From Vitrella brassicaformis CCMP3155 (Eukaryota; Protista; Chromerida): a stretch of 64,000 nucleotides of DNA. The notes below the pieces were generated by a model that saw only the letters and a program-made list of their open reading frames with translations, was not told where the DNA came from and did no database searches. How positions within the stretch are numbered: position 1 is the first letter of the stretch; every line of letters starts with the position of its first letter. Location: assembly GCA_001179505.1 (NCBI GenBank), contig CDMY01000437.1, positions 1 to 64,000 of the forward strand. The letters are read 5' to 3'. Positions 1 through 12,497 of this stretch are shown here, piece by piece. The position numbers and the translations under genes are program-made.

Positions 1-1407
1 GGCAACTGCCAGCTGCCTGTGAGGCTCACTGCCGCTGATCTGCACCAATACCCAAACAAGACGGTAAGCCAACCGAGGGAGGGAGGGAGAGAGGATGGCT
101 CTCAATCGGTGTGTGGTGTGTTGATGTGTTGTGTGTGCAGGCGTATTCGGCCGCTCCCCGTGTGTTGGCTCAGCTCAAGATGGTCGGCCCCCACATCCAC
201 TTCGGCGACGGTGAGACCTTCCAGCTGTTCCACCACGGCAACATACTGCGGGCCATCAAGGACGAGTACGGCTTCGATATCGACATCGACCCGCCCCTCC
301 CTCCCATCCACCCCTACCAGCAGCACCGACAGCCGCATGACCCGCCAGTCCGCAGCAGAATCGCATATCATCTGCCCGAGGGCTGGCAGTCGATGGGCGC
401 TGGGGACTACTCGTCTGTGTCGTCGTTTGTTAAGACCATTGTCATCGGCCACTTCAACGGGACTCACCAGATCAACTGCACCAGCCGTCCAGTCAGCAGG
501 TGAGGCGGGGCATCATTCTGTGTGGGCATTGCCATAAGACACGAGTGACTGTTTTGTGTGTGTGTGTCAGACATGTCGACAACCACCGGCTGCACACCAT
601 CGTGACACAGTCCCCCCACACACCAGTGGAGGAATGCATCACAACAACATCGTACCTCCCCCTTGTCGGCCTCCGTCGTTCTCTCGTGCTGACCGACGCC
701 TGCCAATCGTTCGTCGCATGGATCGCCGTCACGGATGTCGCCAACATTGGTCAGCCCAGCATGGCACAGCAACAGGGGAGGGAATGCAGTGCCACTCTCA
801 TCTCTGTCCTCTGCTGTCATTCGTTTGGAGTGCGTGTGTGGGTCATGACCACCGAGTCGGCTGTGTCTGGTGTGGGTGGCGCCTTCAAGGACCGCTTCCC
901 AGTGACCACTCGGCTGGCGCGGGCGGTCCTGGGGGCCGTCAACTCAGCCATCCTGTCTGACGGCGCACCGGAACCGGGACAGCAGCCGCAGGACGACAGT
1001 GACGAAGGTACGGACACAGGACACGGGAAGGGACGCCCACGGATGGATGGATGGATGGATTGTCTTCACTGCTGTTGGTGTGCGGTGCAGATTCCGATAA
1101 CGACGATCTGGACGGTGACGACGGTACGGAAGCAGACACAGATAAATGGATGGATAGATGACCCCCTTCTCTATCCTCCGTGTGTATGCTGCAGATTTCG
1201 ATGGCGATGATGATGATATGGAGGACGACTGGGAGGACTTTGATGATGAGGACGATGAAGATGATGATGATGAGGGCAGCGGAGGTGAGGACACGTGTGT
1301 CTGCCTATTTGTGCCACCTGATTGATGCAATCTCAGCAGGTGGCGAGGCCGCGGCGGCGTCTGCATCTGCATCTGCATCGGCGTCTGTGAGCTGGGCTGC
1401 CTCGTGA
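1..1407 (+). CDS. Family F copy 1 (5'-truncated by window edge): lineage-specific F-box-like family protein with an extra D/E-rich C-terminal tail
   Basis: GT-AG exons about 1-63, 141-499, 571-749, 831-1007, 1091-1123, 1194-1283, 1340-1407. They give ...LHQYPNKT|AYSAAPRVLAQLKMVGPHIHFGDG...|HVDNHRLHTIVTQSPH...|VRVWVMTTESAVSGVGGAFKDRFP... then DDSDE/DFDGDDDD exons. Clearly homologous to five other copies in the window. Confidence 0.85.
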
Positions 1408-2668
1408 TGCATCGATGGATGGATGGATGGATACACTCACGCTATTTGTGCGTGTGTGTCCAGCCATCAGATGCACCATGAACTTTATGTGTCCAGTGCT
1501 GCGGTGCAGTGTGTATTTCACACTCGTTGCCTATCCACACCCACACATACATGTCATCACACCAGTTTCACAGACAGACAGACAGACAGACAGACGAACA
1601 GGCTGCTCCCATGCAGTCAGTCATTTTTGGCTGCTTGTGGGTGCACGGCGATTGATGCGTGTGGCTGACAGCTGGAGGCCCTTCCTTCCTGTGTGTGTCG
1701 TTCTGCATTCATGCACACCTCGTTTGGCCCCTAGATGTGTGCCACTAAGGCGTTTTTGCTGAATGTATCCATACTGGCGCGATGCGCTCCAGCCCTCCTT
1801 GCTTGCTTGTGTGGTGTCTCGGTGGAGGGACGGCTGCCTGCAGGTAGGATCCGATGCATGTGATGTGCGCTTGGCCCGTCTTGTCTGCTGGCTTGCCTCA
1901 CATCGGCTCCTCCATCTCCCCCCCTCTCTCTCTCTCTGTGTGTCTGTACACATTTGTATGTCTTCTGTACACACCTCTGTATCGGTGTACACAGACGTAT
2001 ATTGCGTATACACTGACTCACATAGATATATAATGGACATACTCACATCCACCTGTGTCCATCCATGGCCATGTCGGCTTTCTTGTTGACGCTCTGCGGC
2101 TTTCCTCTCTCTCTCCCTCTCTGTCTGTGCCTCTCTATGCATGAATGGCTGACATCCATGCGCTCATTCATGAAGTACGGCTTCTCTCTCGAAGTGGGTC
2201 GATCGACATCGTGAGGATGACTGTCTTTCTGTGCGGACTCATTCATTTGATGCGCTCGGTCTGTCTGGAATGAATGCACGTGCCCTCGGGCGGTCCATCT
2301 CTGCTTCCTCGCCTCACGTCGACGTTGAGTGCGCATTGACATGTATTGGATTCGGTTCGTCAGTGTGCACTGCCTTACGCATACACACAAGATACACAAA
2401 CGGCGCATCAGTAGCGTCCAAATGAACACGCCAGCTACCCCCAGACGCTCCTGCAATGGAGAAAAGTCAACGTTACTCGTGTTTGAGCTCTGCCCTAAGC
2501 GAAGTTCGCGCGTAGTGCCCGTTGGCTGATTCGCTTCGTTGCGTCAGATCGGTAGGTCGGCTGCCTTCCACAGGCAAAGCGATTCATTCACACACATCTT
2601 AATGCTGTGTGTGTTTGGCGTCCTTCCTTTGTGTGTGTGCAGGTCTGAGTCACTGCAGCTTCCGTGTC

Positions 2669-4028
2669 ATGTCAGTCATCAGCAGGAGGAGCAGCGACAC
2701 GGACTCGCCCGTCGTCAACGGCGAGGCGGTCCGCTGCATGTTCAGCGACTCGCGAGTGCGGCTGCTCAAGGTCAAGGACGTCGGCAGCCTCAGAATGGCG
2801 GCCCGCCACCACAGCCTCGTCGACTTCCCTCCCGATGCACTCCACACACGACTCACCCAATCGCTGCACAGCAAACGGCTCGTCGACGGCACGCTGCTCA
2901 ACACCGTGCTGGCCTTCGACGCCCAGACGGTGTCTGAGCCACGTGTGCTGCTGGCGGCCATGTGGCTGGTGGAGAAGCAGACGTGGGACGAGGTGGCCGA
3001 CGTACTACGGCTGGCGGAGCAGTGCGGCCGGTGCACTCTGCCGGTGCGGCTGACTGCTGACGACATCAACAGACACGCCAACAAGACGGTGAGACGCACA
3101 CACAGGGGCGGGAGGGCACAGAGAGGGCCTCGTTCATTCTCCTCTCTCTCTCTGTGTCTGTGTGCGTGGTCGTGTAGGCGTATTTGGCCGCTCCCCATGT
3201 GTTGGCTCAGCTCAAGATGGTCGGCCCCCACATCCACTTCGGCAACGGCGTGCCCTTCCAGCTGTTCCACCACGGCACCACGCTGTGGGCCATCAAGGAC
3301 GAGGACGGCTTCGAGATCGACATCGACCCGCCTCTCCCTCCCAACCACCCCTACCAGCTGCACCGACAGCCCGATGACCCGCCAGTCCGCAGCTGCATCA
3401 CATATTGGCCGTCTACGGGCTGGGTGTCGCTGGGTGCTCGGGATTACTCGTCTGTGTCGTCGTGTGTCAAGAGCACCATCCTCAGCCACTTCGAGGGCAC
3501 TCACCAGTACAACAGCACTCAACGTGCTATCAACAGGTGAGGCCGGGCATCACTCTGTGTGGGCATTGTCACGACACACGAGTGTACGTGTGTCTTCATT
3601 GGTCAGGCATGTCGACAACAACCGGCTGCACACCATCGTGACACAGCCCCACACACACCAGTGGAGGGATGCACCACCACTCCATCATTCCGCTCCCCTG
3701 ACGGCGACACTTACGGTGGTCTCGTTCTGACCGACGCCCGCCACTCCTTCGTCGCGTGGATCGACATCAGGGAGCTCCGCTACAACAACCACGGTCAGTC
3801 CAGACGATACAACAAAAGAGGGAGGGAGGGTAAAAAGCACACACACACACAGCACTCACTCTCGTTTGCTGTGCTCCCCTGTCACTCTTTGCAGTGCCTG
3901 TATAGGTCCACACCACCGAGTCGGCTGTGTCTGCTGTGGGTGCCTTCAAGGACCGCTTCCTAGTGACCACTCGGCTGGCGCGTGTCGTGCTGAGGGCCGT
4001 CATCTCAGCCAGGATCTTCGACCAATAG
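2669..4028 (+). CDS. Family F copy 2 with divergent N-terminal exon (MSVISRRSSDTDSPVV...)
   Basis: Exons about 2669-3087, 3178-3536, 3608-3792, 3894-4028. Same intron positions and phases as the other copies. Ends ...ISARIFDQ*. An additional upstream exon is possible. Confidence 0.8.
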
Positions 4029-5095
4029 ACAGCTGAGGTATGTTTGCATCAACCACGACTGACACGAGCAGATGATGCGCACACACACGACGAACAGAAC
4101 GGTGTCTGTCTTTCCATGTGTGTGTCAGGCTGGGCGGTGGTGGTGACAGTGGGAGGGACACTCACTCCTGGCCACATAGATGGCTTCAATGGTGCGCGTG
4201 GGGTTTTCCGACTGGTCAGTCTCTGTCCATCTGCCACTCGATATGCGTGTGTGCATTTACCAGTGGCTGGCTGCCATGGCTGTCTGCCTGTCTGCCTGTC
4301 TGCCTGTCTGTCTGTTTTGCCTCTCCCTCTCGCCGTCTGCCCGACTGGGCGATCGGTGCTTTTGTTGGTGTTTGCTGCACGTGGTGGCTGATCGCTGACC
4401 CCTCTCTCTCTCTCTGTCTCTCTGAATGTGTACCCCACTCTGTGTGTGTCCATCCATCCAGCCAGCCATCTGTTACCCATTGCTTGCTCCACACACACAT
4501 CCCGACAAGACAGACAGAGAGACAGACAGACCGGCTGTTCCCATGCAGTCAGTCATTTTAGCCTTCCTGTTGGTCCTTGGCGACTGATTGATGCGTGTAG
4601 CTGGGTGGTGGCTGGTGGGTCGGCTTACCTTCCTCTCTCTGTGTGAGTCGTCCTGACTCCATGTGGTTTATGTGTGACCCCATGCATGGCAGTCGGTCGC
4701 CGAGGCGTTTTTACTGACCGCTCTCATTACCATCCGAATGGACACTGTAGCGATGCGGTCCAGTCCTCCTTGCTGATGCTGTGCGGGTACATGTAGCGTC
4801 TCGGTTGCGGTGTGATGGGTGCCGCATGAGGTGGGTGGGGTGGGATTCACATGTGCCTGTGGTCCATCTCTGCTGCCTTGCCTGTCTGTCTGTCGATCTC
4901 TGTATGTCTTGTATACTTATTTGTATGTCTGTACACAGACACTTATACGGTGTACATACGCACATCCATGCCATGCCATGCCATGCCATGGACCCATGGC
5001 CATGGCCCCCTCTCTCTCTCTGCAGACATGAATGGCTGGATCGGCAATACATCGAGGGTTTAATTGGCTTCTGGGTGAGTTGATGCAGCTGATGC

Positions 5096-5126
<31 letters not shown>

Positions 5127-5777
5127 CGTGTGTTTGTGTTTGTGTTTGTGTTTGTGTTTGTGTGTGTCATGATGATTGGACGAGAGGACAGACAACAGAG
5201 ACCGAGATGCGAAGTCTGGCGCATGTGTGCAGCCATCGTTGTCCGGGTTTCATACCCTGCAGCCCCACAAACCCTTTGAGATGTTGGTGCCAATAGCTAT
5301 GAGTCTGTGATGCCTCAAAGCATCCTCCGGCCATATATTATTGTCATCGGTAGGCATATGCACTGAAGTCCATCAGCGACCAATAGAACACTCAGTGACA
5401 AAGCACTCGGTGCAGTCAGAAAGCCAGCCAGGCAGATCAGCCGAGGATACAACAACAAACAACAAACAACAAACAACAAACACACACATGCCCTCCCGTC
5501 CCTTCATGAACACCCGTGTGTGTGGCCTCCGTGTCAGATTTGATGACGGCGTGAGTGAGAGGTTTTGCAGTTGCGGCGGGCCTGCCAGCCCATTGATGAC
5601 TCGTCGGTGCCAGCTGGGAGGCTGCCGCCGAAATCCAAGCAGTAAGCCGCCTTCTGCGAACTCAGAGCACAAGATACACACAGACAGTCACAGAGGGTTT
5701 GTTGGTGCGCTCACCGCATTTCCTTGTGTGTGTTGTTGGCTCTTCAGTGGGCGCAGATGGGTGAGCGTGTTCTCCCG

Positions 5778-8092
5778 ATGGACACAGACAATGACGGTGA
5801 CGGCCCGGCGCCGTCCGCCAGAGGTGAGCGGCGAATGGATGGACAGCACATGCAGTGTGACCACACCATTGACTGATGGACGTGGCGACCCGTTTGTGTG
5901 TCGTTCATTGCCTGACGGGAATGTGACACACAACACAGGTGGGAGTGGCGGTGGTAGCGGTGGTGACCTTCTGCAGAAGATCCGCGAGTTGCGCTCGGTG
6001 AGGTGGGGAGGGAGAAGGGGAGGGCTCCACACTGACATTGCTGCGCTGCTTCTGGCTTTCAGGATGCCTCTAAGTTTCTGTCTGGCGTTGATCTGGCCGA
6101 GCAGATGATAGCGACACACACCGACAACAAACAGGTCGTCACAGACACCGCACGGCCGAGCTGCTGCACTCACTGGTCAGCCCGTCTTTCTGCCTTTGTT
6201 GCAGGATGGTGAGATGGTGGACGGCCGCCTGTCGACCGTTCTGGAGACTCTCAGCGATACCCACTCGGCCCTCGGCAGGCAGCTGGCGCAGATCACCACT
6301 GACTGCAACACACATGTGAGAATGGATGGAATGACCAGTGACTGAGTGGCACACACAGGCCGGTCGCTCCCTTTATTGTGTGTGTCCGTCTCAGCGCATG
6401 GCTGCTGACAGCGAAGCTCATCAGTGGGGGGCGTGCGGTGCTGGGGGACCGAACGAGACCGACAGCAATGCACAGCAGGGCAGAGCGGTACGCACAAATC
6501 CACACCCACACCCACAGCAGCTCATGTATGTGGGTCATTTGCTGGTCAGGTGCCTGCTGAAGACGGCGGCGCCAAGAAGGGTAGACGCGTAGACCTCAGC
6601 CCTGCTGCTGCTACTGGTGGGCACAGCGGAGGTACGGAAAGCATCGGCTGCCGTTGGTGGATTGCATATCGTCATGACCCTCCTGTGCTGTGTGATGCCT
6701 TCAGGTGGCTCGATTGGTGCGGGTGGTGCTGCGGCAGGGGCACAGCAGCAACAGGGGGGCGGCAGCTCACTATCGGCAGCCCCCATGCAGCACACCCAGC
6801 AGCAGCAGCAGCACCCCCTGTGGTACGTCTGCGCCCACCGCGGCAGCGATTTTCCGCTGCGGGATGTGCTGCATCTGAGGAAGACCTGCAAATGGGCCAG
6901 AGGCCTCTTCGGAGCGCCTCAGCTGCAGCATCTGCTCACCCAATGGACAACAGACGATGAGCTCAGCACACAGGCGGGGCTGCGGCGGACGTGCAACGGA
7001 CAGCAGCTGCTGACCTTCGACAACCAGCAGATGGGTGTGGGTGACCTGCTGGCGGCGCTGTGTGTGACGGAGGCGGGCGGCTGGAGTGAGATGAGCGAGG
7101 CGGTCGAGCTGGCGGGGCAGTGCGGCAACTGCCAGCTGCTTGTGAGGCTCACTGCCGCCGATCTGCACCAATACCCAAACAAGACGGTAAGCCAACCGAG
7201 GGAGGGAGGGAGGGAGGGACAATAGATGGCTCTCAATGGGTGTGTGGTGTGTTGATGTGCTGTGTGTGCAGGCGTATTTGGCCGCTCCCCGTGTGTTGGC
7301 TCAGCTCAAGATGGTCGGCCCCCACATCCACTTCGGCGACGGCGTGACCTTCCAGCTGTTCCACCACGGCGGCACACTGCGGGCCATCAAGGACGAGGAC
7401 GGCTTCGAGATCGACATCGACCCGCCCCTTCATCCCAACCACCCCTACCAGCAGCACCGACAGCCGCATAACCCGCCCGTCCGCAGCAACATCGACTATT
7501 CTTTGTCCACGGGCTCGATGCCGGACTCTTGGGACTCGTCGTCCGTGTCGTCGATGGTCAAGAGCATCGTCCTCCGGCACTTCGACGAGACTCACCAGAC
7601 CAACAGCAATGGCGGTCTCGCTGTCAGGTCAGGCGGGGCATCACGCTGTGTGGGCACTGCTACGACACACGAGTGTATCTGTGTTTCCTTATCGGTCAGC
7701 TGGCGTGTCAACAACGCCCGGCTGGGCACCCTGCTGACACAGTCCCCCCACAGACCAGTAGAGGGATGCACCACAACCACATCATACATGTACCTCATTG
7801 ACGGCGTACCTTGTCGTCGTCTCGTGCTGACCGACGCGAGCCACCCCTTCATGGCGTGGATCTACATCAACACCGGTCAGCAAGGGGGAGGAGGGTGGCA
7901 AAGCCAGGGAGGCACATACTCTCATGTGCTGTGCTCTCCTGTCACTTGGCTGCAGTGTATGTTGAGGTCCAGACGACCGAGTCGGCTGTGTCTGGTATGG
8001 GTGGTGCCTTTAAGGACCGCTTCCCGGTGACTTATCAGCTAGCGCGTGCGGTGCTGGGGGCCGTCATCTCAGCTGTGGTCTTCGGCCAATAG
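5778..8092 (+). CDS. Family F copy 3, long form: helical N-terminal mini-exons, basic NLS-like KKGRR, Gln run, F-box-like segment, variable C-terminal domain
   Basis: Mini-exons MDTDNDGDGPAPSAR|GGSGG..DLLQKIRELRS|DASKF..|DGEMVDGRL..|RMAADS..|VPAEDGGAKKGRRVD match the exon-for-exon structure at 62120-62920. Core HPLWYVCAHRGSDFPLRDVLHLRKTCKW. Ends AVVFGQ* at 8092. Start codon inferred. Confidence 0.75.
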
Positions 8093-8954
8093 ACAGCTGA
8101 GGTATGTTTGTATCAAACACAACTGACACGAGCAGAAGATGCTCACACACATGAGGTATGCAATGGTGCCATTTTATTCGTGTGCGTGTCAGGCTGGGCG
8201 GTGATGGTGGTGGGAGGGGGACTGCCGGCCGCATAGATGGCCTCAATGGTGCGCGTGGGTTTTCCGATCGGTCGGTCTCTGTCTATCTGCCTGATGGACA
8301 CGTCACTATACATATGCATACATTTATCAGTGACTGGCTGTCATGTCTGTCTGTCTGTTTTGCCTCTCTCTCTCCATCTGCCAGACTGACTGACTGCACC
8401 GATCGGCTGGGCGGTCGGTGGTTTTGTTGGTGTGTGCTGCACGTGGTGGCTGACGGCTGATACATGTGTCTCTCTGAATGTGTAGACAGACAGGGCGACC
8501 GATGGACCACACTCTGTGTGTGTCCATTCATCCATCCATGTGTGACCCATTGCTTGCTCCACACACACAGAGACACGGCGGTGTGTGTTTTGCACTCGTT
8601 GCCGAGCCATGCACACACCATCACACAGACAGACAGACAGACAGACATTCCCGCGCAGTCAGTCATTTTGCATGCTTGTGGGTCCGCGGCAGTGGATGCG
8701 TGTGGGTGGTGACTGGCTGGTCGGCAGTGGGATGCTGCAGGTGGGTCGCTCCCCTTCCGCCCCTTCCTTCCTGTATGTCGTCCTGCTGCGTGCCACAGAG
8801 GCGTTTGGTGAATGCTTTCATGTATGTCTTGCGTACGTATTTGCATGTCCCCAGTACGTACACACCTATGCATACACATACACATCTAGCTTCCCTCTTT
8901 CTTCGTGAGTGTGTTGCCTGTCGCGTCTGCATGAGTTTGTGATGCACACACTCA

Positions 8955-9720
8955 TGGCTGGGCCGGGCCATGTCGATCGTGTGGCCGACGATGGCACGAG
9001 TAGCTGCGTCGGCACTGACGACTCGGCAGTGTATCGATTGGATGGTCGACACGCGTCTGATGATTGACACGTCTGATCGACATGCGTGTGTGTGTGGTTT
9101 GTCCCCCTTGGATGCTTCCATATGAAGCAGCAATAGCAGACAAAAGACACAATACCGACAAATCATTGCTGTCACGACCAGTGGTGCACATCATTCCATG
9201 TCTGTGATGACTTCAATGAATCAGACAGCACAAAAAGCACACACGACGCGTTCAGAGAGAGAAAGGGACACCAAGAACGCTACCGGCCGACTGATAAAGG
9301 CTGCCTACATATCTCTTCACGCACACATGAACAAGACACGAACAAGACAAAACACGTCACTCAACAGACTGTCACTCAGTCGGCTGTGCGAATGCATGCG
9401 GTGCATGGTGGTGGTGTGACTTGCATGTGGGATAGGATTCATATATGTGCCTGTGGTCCATCTCTGCTGCCTTGCCCCAGTGTGGCTGCCCCCTCCCCTC
9501 TCTCCTTTGGTACGGGTGTACATATGTGTATGTGTTCTGTACACACATATATATGTGTATACACGGACATACACACTTACTATCGTGTTGTGATGACTCA
9601 ATCACTGACATATGTGCATGTCCAACCGTGTTCTCTGATAAGTGTGTTGGCTGCTTCCACCGCTGGGCCATGTCGATCGTACGGCCGAGGATGATCGACG
9701 GTTTAGTTGGCTTGTCGTTT
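8955..9720 (-). pseudogene. Two short eroded fragments resembling the C-terminal module of the adjacent ankyrin family
   Basis: GGGCCATGTCGATCGT at about 8965 and 9665 matches GGGCCATGTCG at about 10467. The fragments translate as AIVGHTIDMARP and IILGRTIDMAQR versus AIGVRNSDMARR. Confidence 0.35.
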
Positions 9721-10135
9721 CTTGCGAGCCCCTCTTTCTGTGTGTGTGTGGTTTGTGCCGTGAGTAAATGTGTGGTGACTTCCTGTGTGAATGCATCACC
9801 TCATGTGCATCGTGTTGATCAGTGTGAGTCGAGCCGCATGCCTGTGCACACCAAACCAGCCACTCACGCACTTTCCATTTCGTTGCTTATGTGTGGTTCA
9901 ATCACTCATTCATCTGAGGAAAGCCGTGCAGTCAAGTGAGTCCGACAAAAACGACTAGAACATTCGCCCACCTTCCATCCATCCATCAATCCCCCCATCC
10001 CATGTGTCGAGACGTACGTCCAGTCAGACATGCACTATCCATCACATACATACCAGGGCCAGGCGACAGCCATCCATCCACGCATCAAACTCCTCCCGCC
10101 CCTGTCTGCCACCCAAATGTGTGCGCCTCCGCACC

Positions 10136-12497
10136 TCACGTCAGCTGCAGCGACCTGAATGTCTCCCTGCCGTCCCGCCCCTTCTCGACCGACCCCACCG
10201 ACCCCCACACCACCGCAGGCACATCCTTCTTGAAGCCGTTGTCGATCTCCCCCGCCAGCCCGCACTTGGCCGCCTCGTCCAGGATGGCCCGCTGCACCAC
10301 CTGACGCAACTCCATCCGCTGGCCACCCACACCGCCCATCACAAAGCACTGCAGCTGCGGCACCGTCATCTTGAGGCGCTTGTCGCCCTTCTGCTCATGC
10401 CTCGTCCCACCCACCACCCCTCGGTTGCTGCTGGCCTGGTGCAGTGCCGAGCGCACCAAGTGCTCCGCTGCCGCACACACACGGCGGGCCATGTCGCTGT
10501 TCCGCACACCGATGGCCTCACTGACGGCATCCTGGGCGGCGTCCATGTCGAAGAGGAACGACGCAATGCGCCAGCCGAAGATGGGGGCCTCCTGCGGGCC
10601 GACGGCCAGCCGGGGGGTCAGGAGGGCCGCGAGGGAGCGGTGTGGGGCGAGGGCGGCGTTGACGGCCGCCATGACGTCGTCCCGCAGCTTATTCAGCACC
10701 GTGGTGTACTCCGTCAGCACCAGCTGACGCTGACGGCGACGCTCCTCCGTGTCTGTGGGGATGAGATTGATGTCTGCCCCCACCCGCAGCAGGCTGCGGA
10801 TGGTCAGCTCCACGTTGTCAATCTCGGCGCGATACCGCTCCTTGGTGTCCTCGAGCGTCTCCGGATGCTGAAGCCGTTGGGTGCAGCGATCGAGCTCCTC
10901 GGCAGCTATGGCCAGGGGCGTGTTGTCGTCCTGTCCGTCGATCTGGTCAGCGGGGAGCTTGCGGCAGAGGTAGTCGGCCACATAGGGAGAGCCATACGCT
11001 GCCGCGTAGTTCAGTGGCGTCCATCCAATGCCGTCAGCTGCCGTCATGTCGGCCCCGTTCGCCGCTATGAGGTCGAGGTAGCTGTCGATGAAGGGCTGGG
11101 GATAATACCCTTTCGCCCGCTCGGCTGCCTCGTGCACCAGGTTGAAGCCGTTGGCCCGTTCGGTGGCGAGGGTGGGGTCTCGTTCGATTAGTCGCTCATA
11201 CATCGACAGCAGCAGCTGCAGATACTCCGGGGGAGGCTGACGCAGGGGACGGGGCAGCTCCATCACCATGTGTGCGCCTGCTGCGCGCAGGTCGATGTCC
11301 TGTCGAGCCATGAGCAGGTCGAATGCCATTCGGTTGCCCAGTGCGATCGCCACCCACAAGGGCTTGCTGCCAGTGGCGGCGTCATCGTCTGCTGCGTTGA
11401 TGTCGGCGCCTCCGTCGAGCAGTGCGGTGAGGATCTCCGCCTGCAGCCCATCAGACGACCACGATGGCACTGCCAGGGCCACGAAACGGCAAGCATCGTC
11501 TCCTGCTTCGATTTCCGCCGGGACGGTGTAGTCCGACTTGTTGTCGATGGCGATGGCGAGGAGCGGGTAGCGGAACCCACGATGCTTGCTGCCCTCCCTC
11601 CTTAGTCGAGGCTTGATATTGGAGTTGGCTCCCTGTTCGATGAGATCGGTCACGTGCTGTGCGCTGGGGATGGTGCGGCCGATGACGCCCAATGCCAGCG
11701 ACTTGGCAACGTCGCTGGTGCCGTAAGGGAATCGAGCTTCGATGTCATTGACGCCCAAACAGCCGTCTGGCACGTCGACTGTGGTGGTTGGCACCACCGC
11801 GTGACCTGGTGGGACACACACAGCCATCAGACGACGCACACCGAGAACGAATGCATGTATGGGCCCGCACCTTCCTCCCTCTCATGTGTCTGTCGGTCTG
11901 GCGTACCTTCCTCCTCATAGCCATCGTCATGACCGTCGCTGTCTGAGTCACTGTCGTCGTCCCCCTCACTGTCATCGATCTCGTCGTCTTCTTGGTCTTG
12001 GTCTTCGTCCAGCATCCCTCCGTCGTCACTGTCGTCCTGCATACCACCGCCCTGACACAGCGACACAGAGACAAGGGGAGGACAGCCAGGTGACGAGCGT
12101 CACACGGACGGACGGGGTGTTCGCGAATGAATGCCTCACCGATTCGCTCCCATCGGCCATCACACCGCCCTCCTCATTGTCCTCGCCTGAACACAATCAA
12201 CCACAGGCACACACATCGACCCAAATCAATTGCTGCGGGTTCGGTGCTGACCGTCAGGCTCGTCGCCGCTCTGGAGTTGCTGCACGGCGTCGACGTCCAT
12301 CGGGGGCTCCGCGGCGTCCTGCTGCTGCTGCTCAGCTGCTGCTTGTCGTGCGGCCATGGGTGGGGCTCGGTGGTGAACAGAGAGAGGGTCTTGCTGCCGC
12401 CTCTTGACGACCTGACAGTGACACGCGCACAATGAGAAATGAAAGCCCTTCCTTCATTGACGACGCCCTTGCTCCTTCCCGCCTGCCCACGTACCAT
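10136..12497 (-). CDS. Ankyrin-repeat protein with acidic N-terminus (lineage-expanded type)
   Basis: Exons 12497-12495 (ATG), 12411-12252, about 12187-12140, 12051-11907, 11805-10136. Ankyrin motifs KPLWVAIALGNRMAFDLL, NLVHEAA, GWTPLNYAAAYGSPYVADYLC, NTPLAIAA. Splice phases are mutually consistent. Confidence 0.85.

Noticed and set aside
102-467. Recurrent antisense ORFs over family F exons (e.g. MSPVEVADD.., MSLVEVPED.., MSLFEVVDD..) and similar ORFs 10004-11191, 34414-35214
   Set aside because: Shadow frames of GC-rich coding exons. The spliced sense frame explains the conservation.
2609-3730. 373-aa ORF as a single-exon gene
   Set aside because: It reads through introns into the wrong frame. 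The spliced model matches the paralogs.
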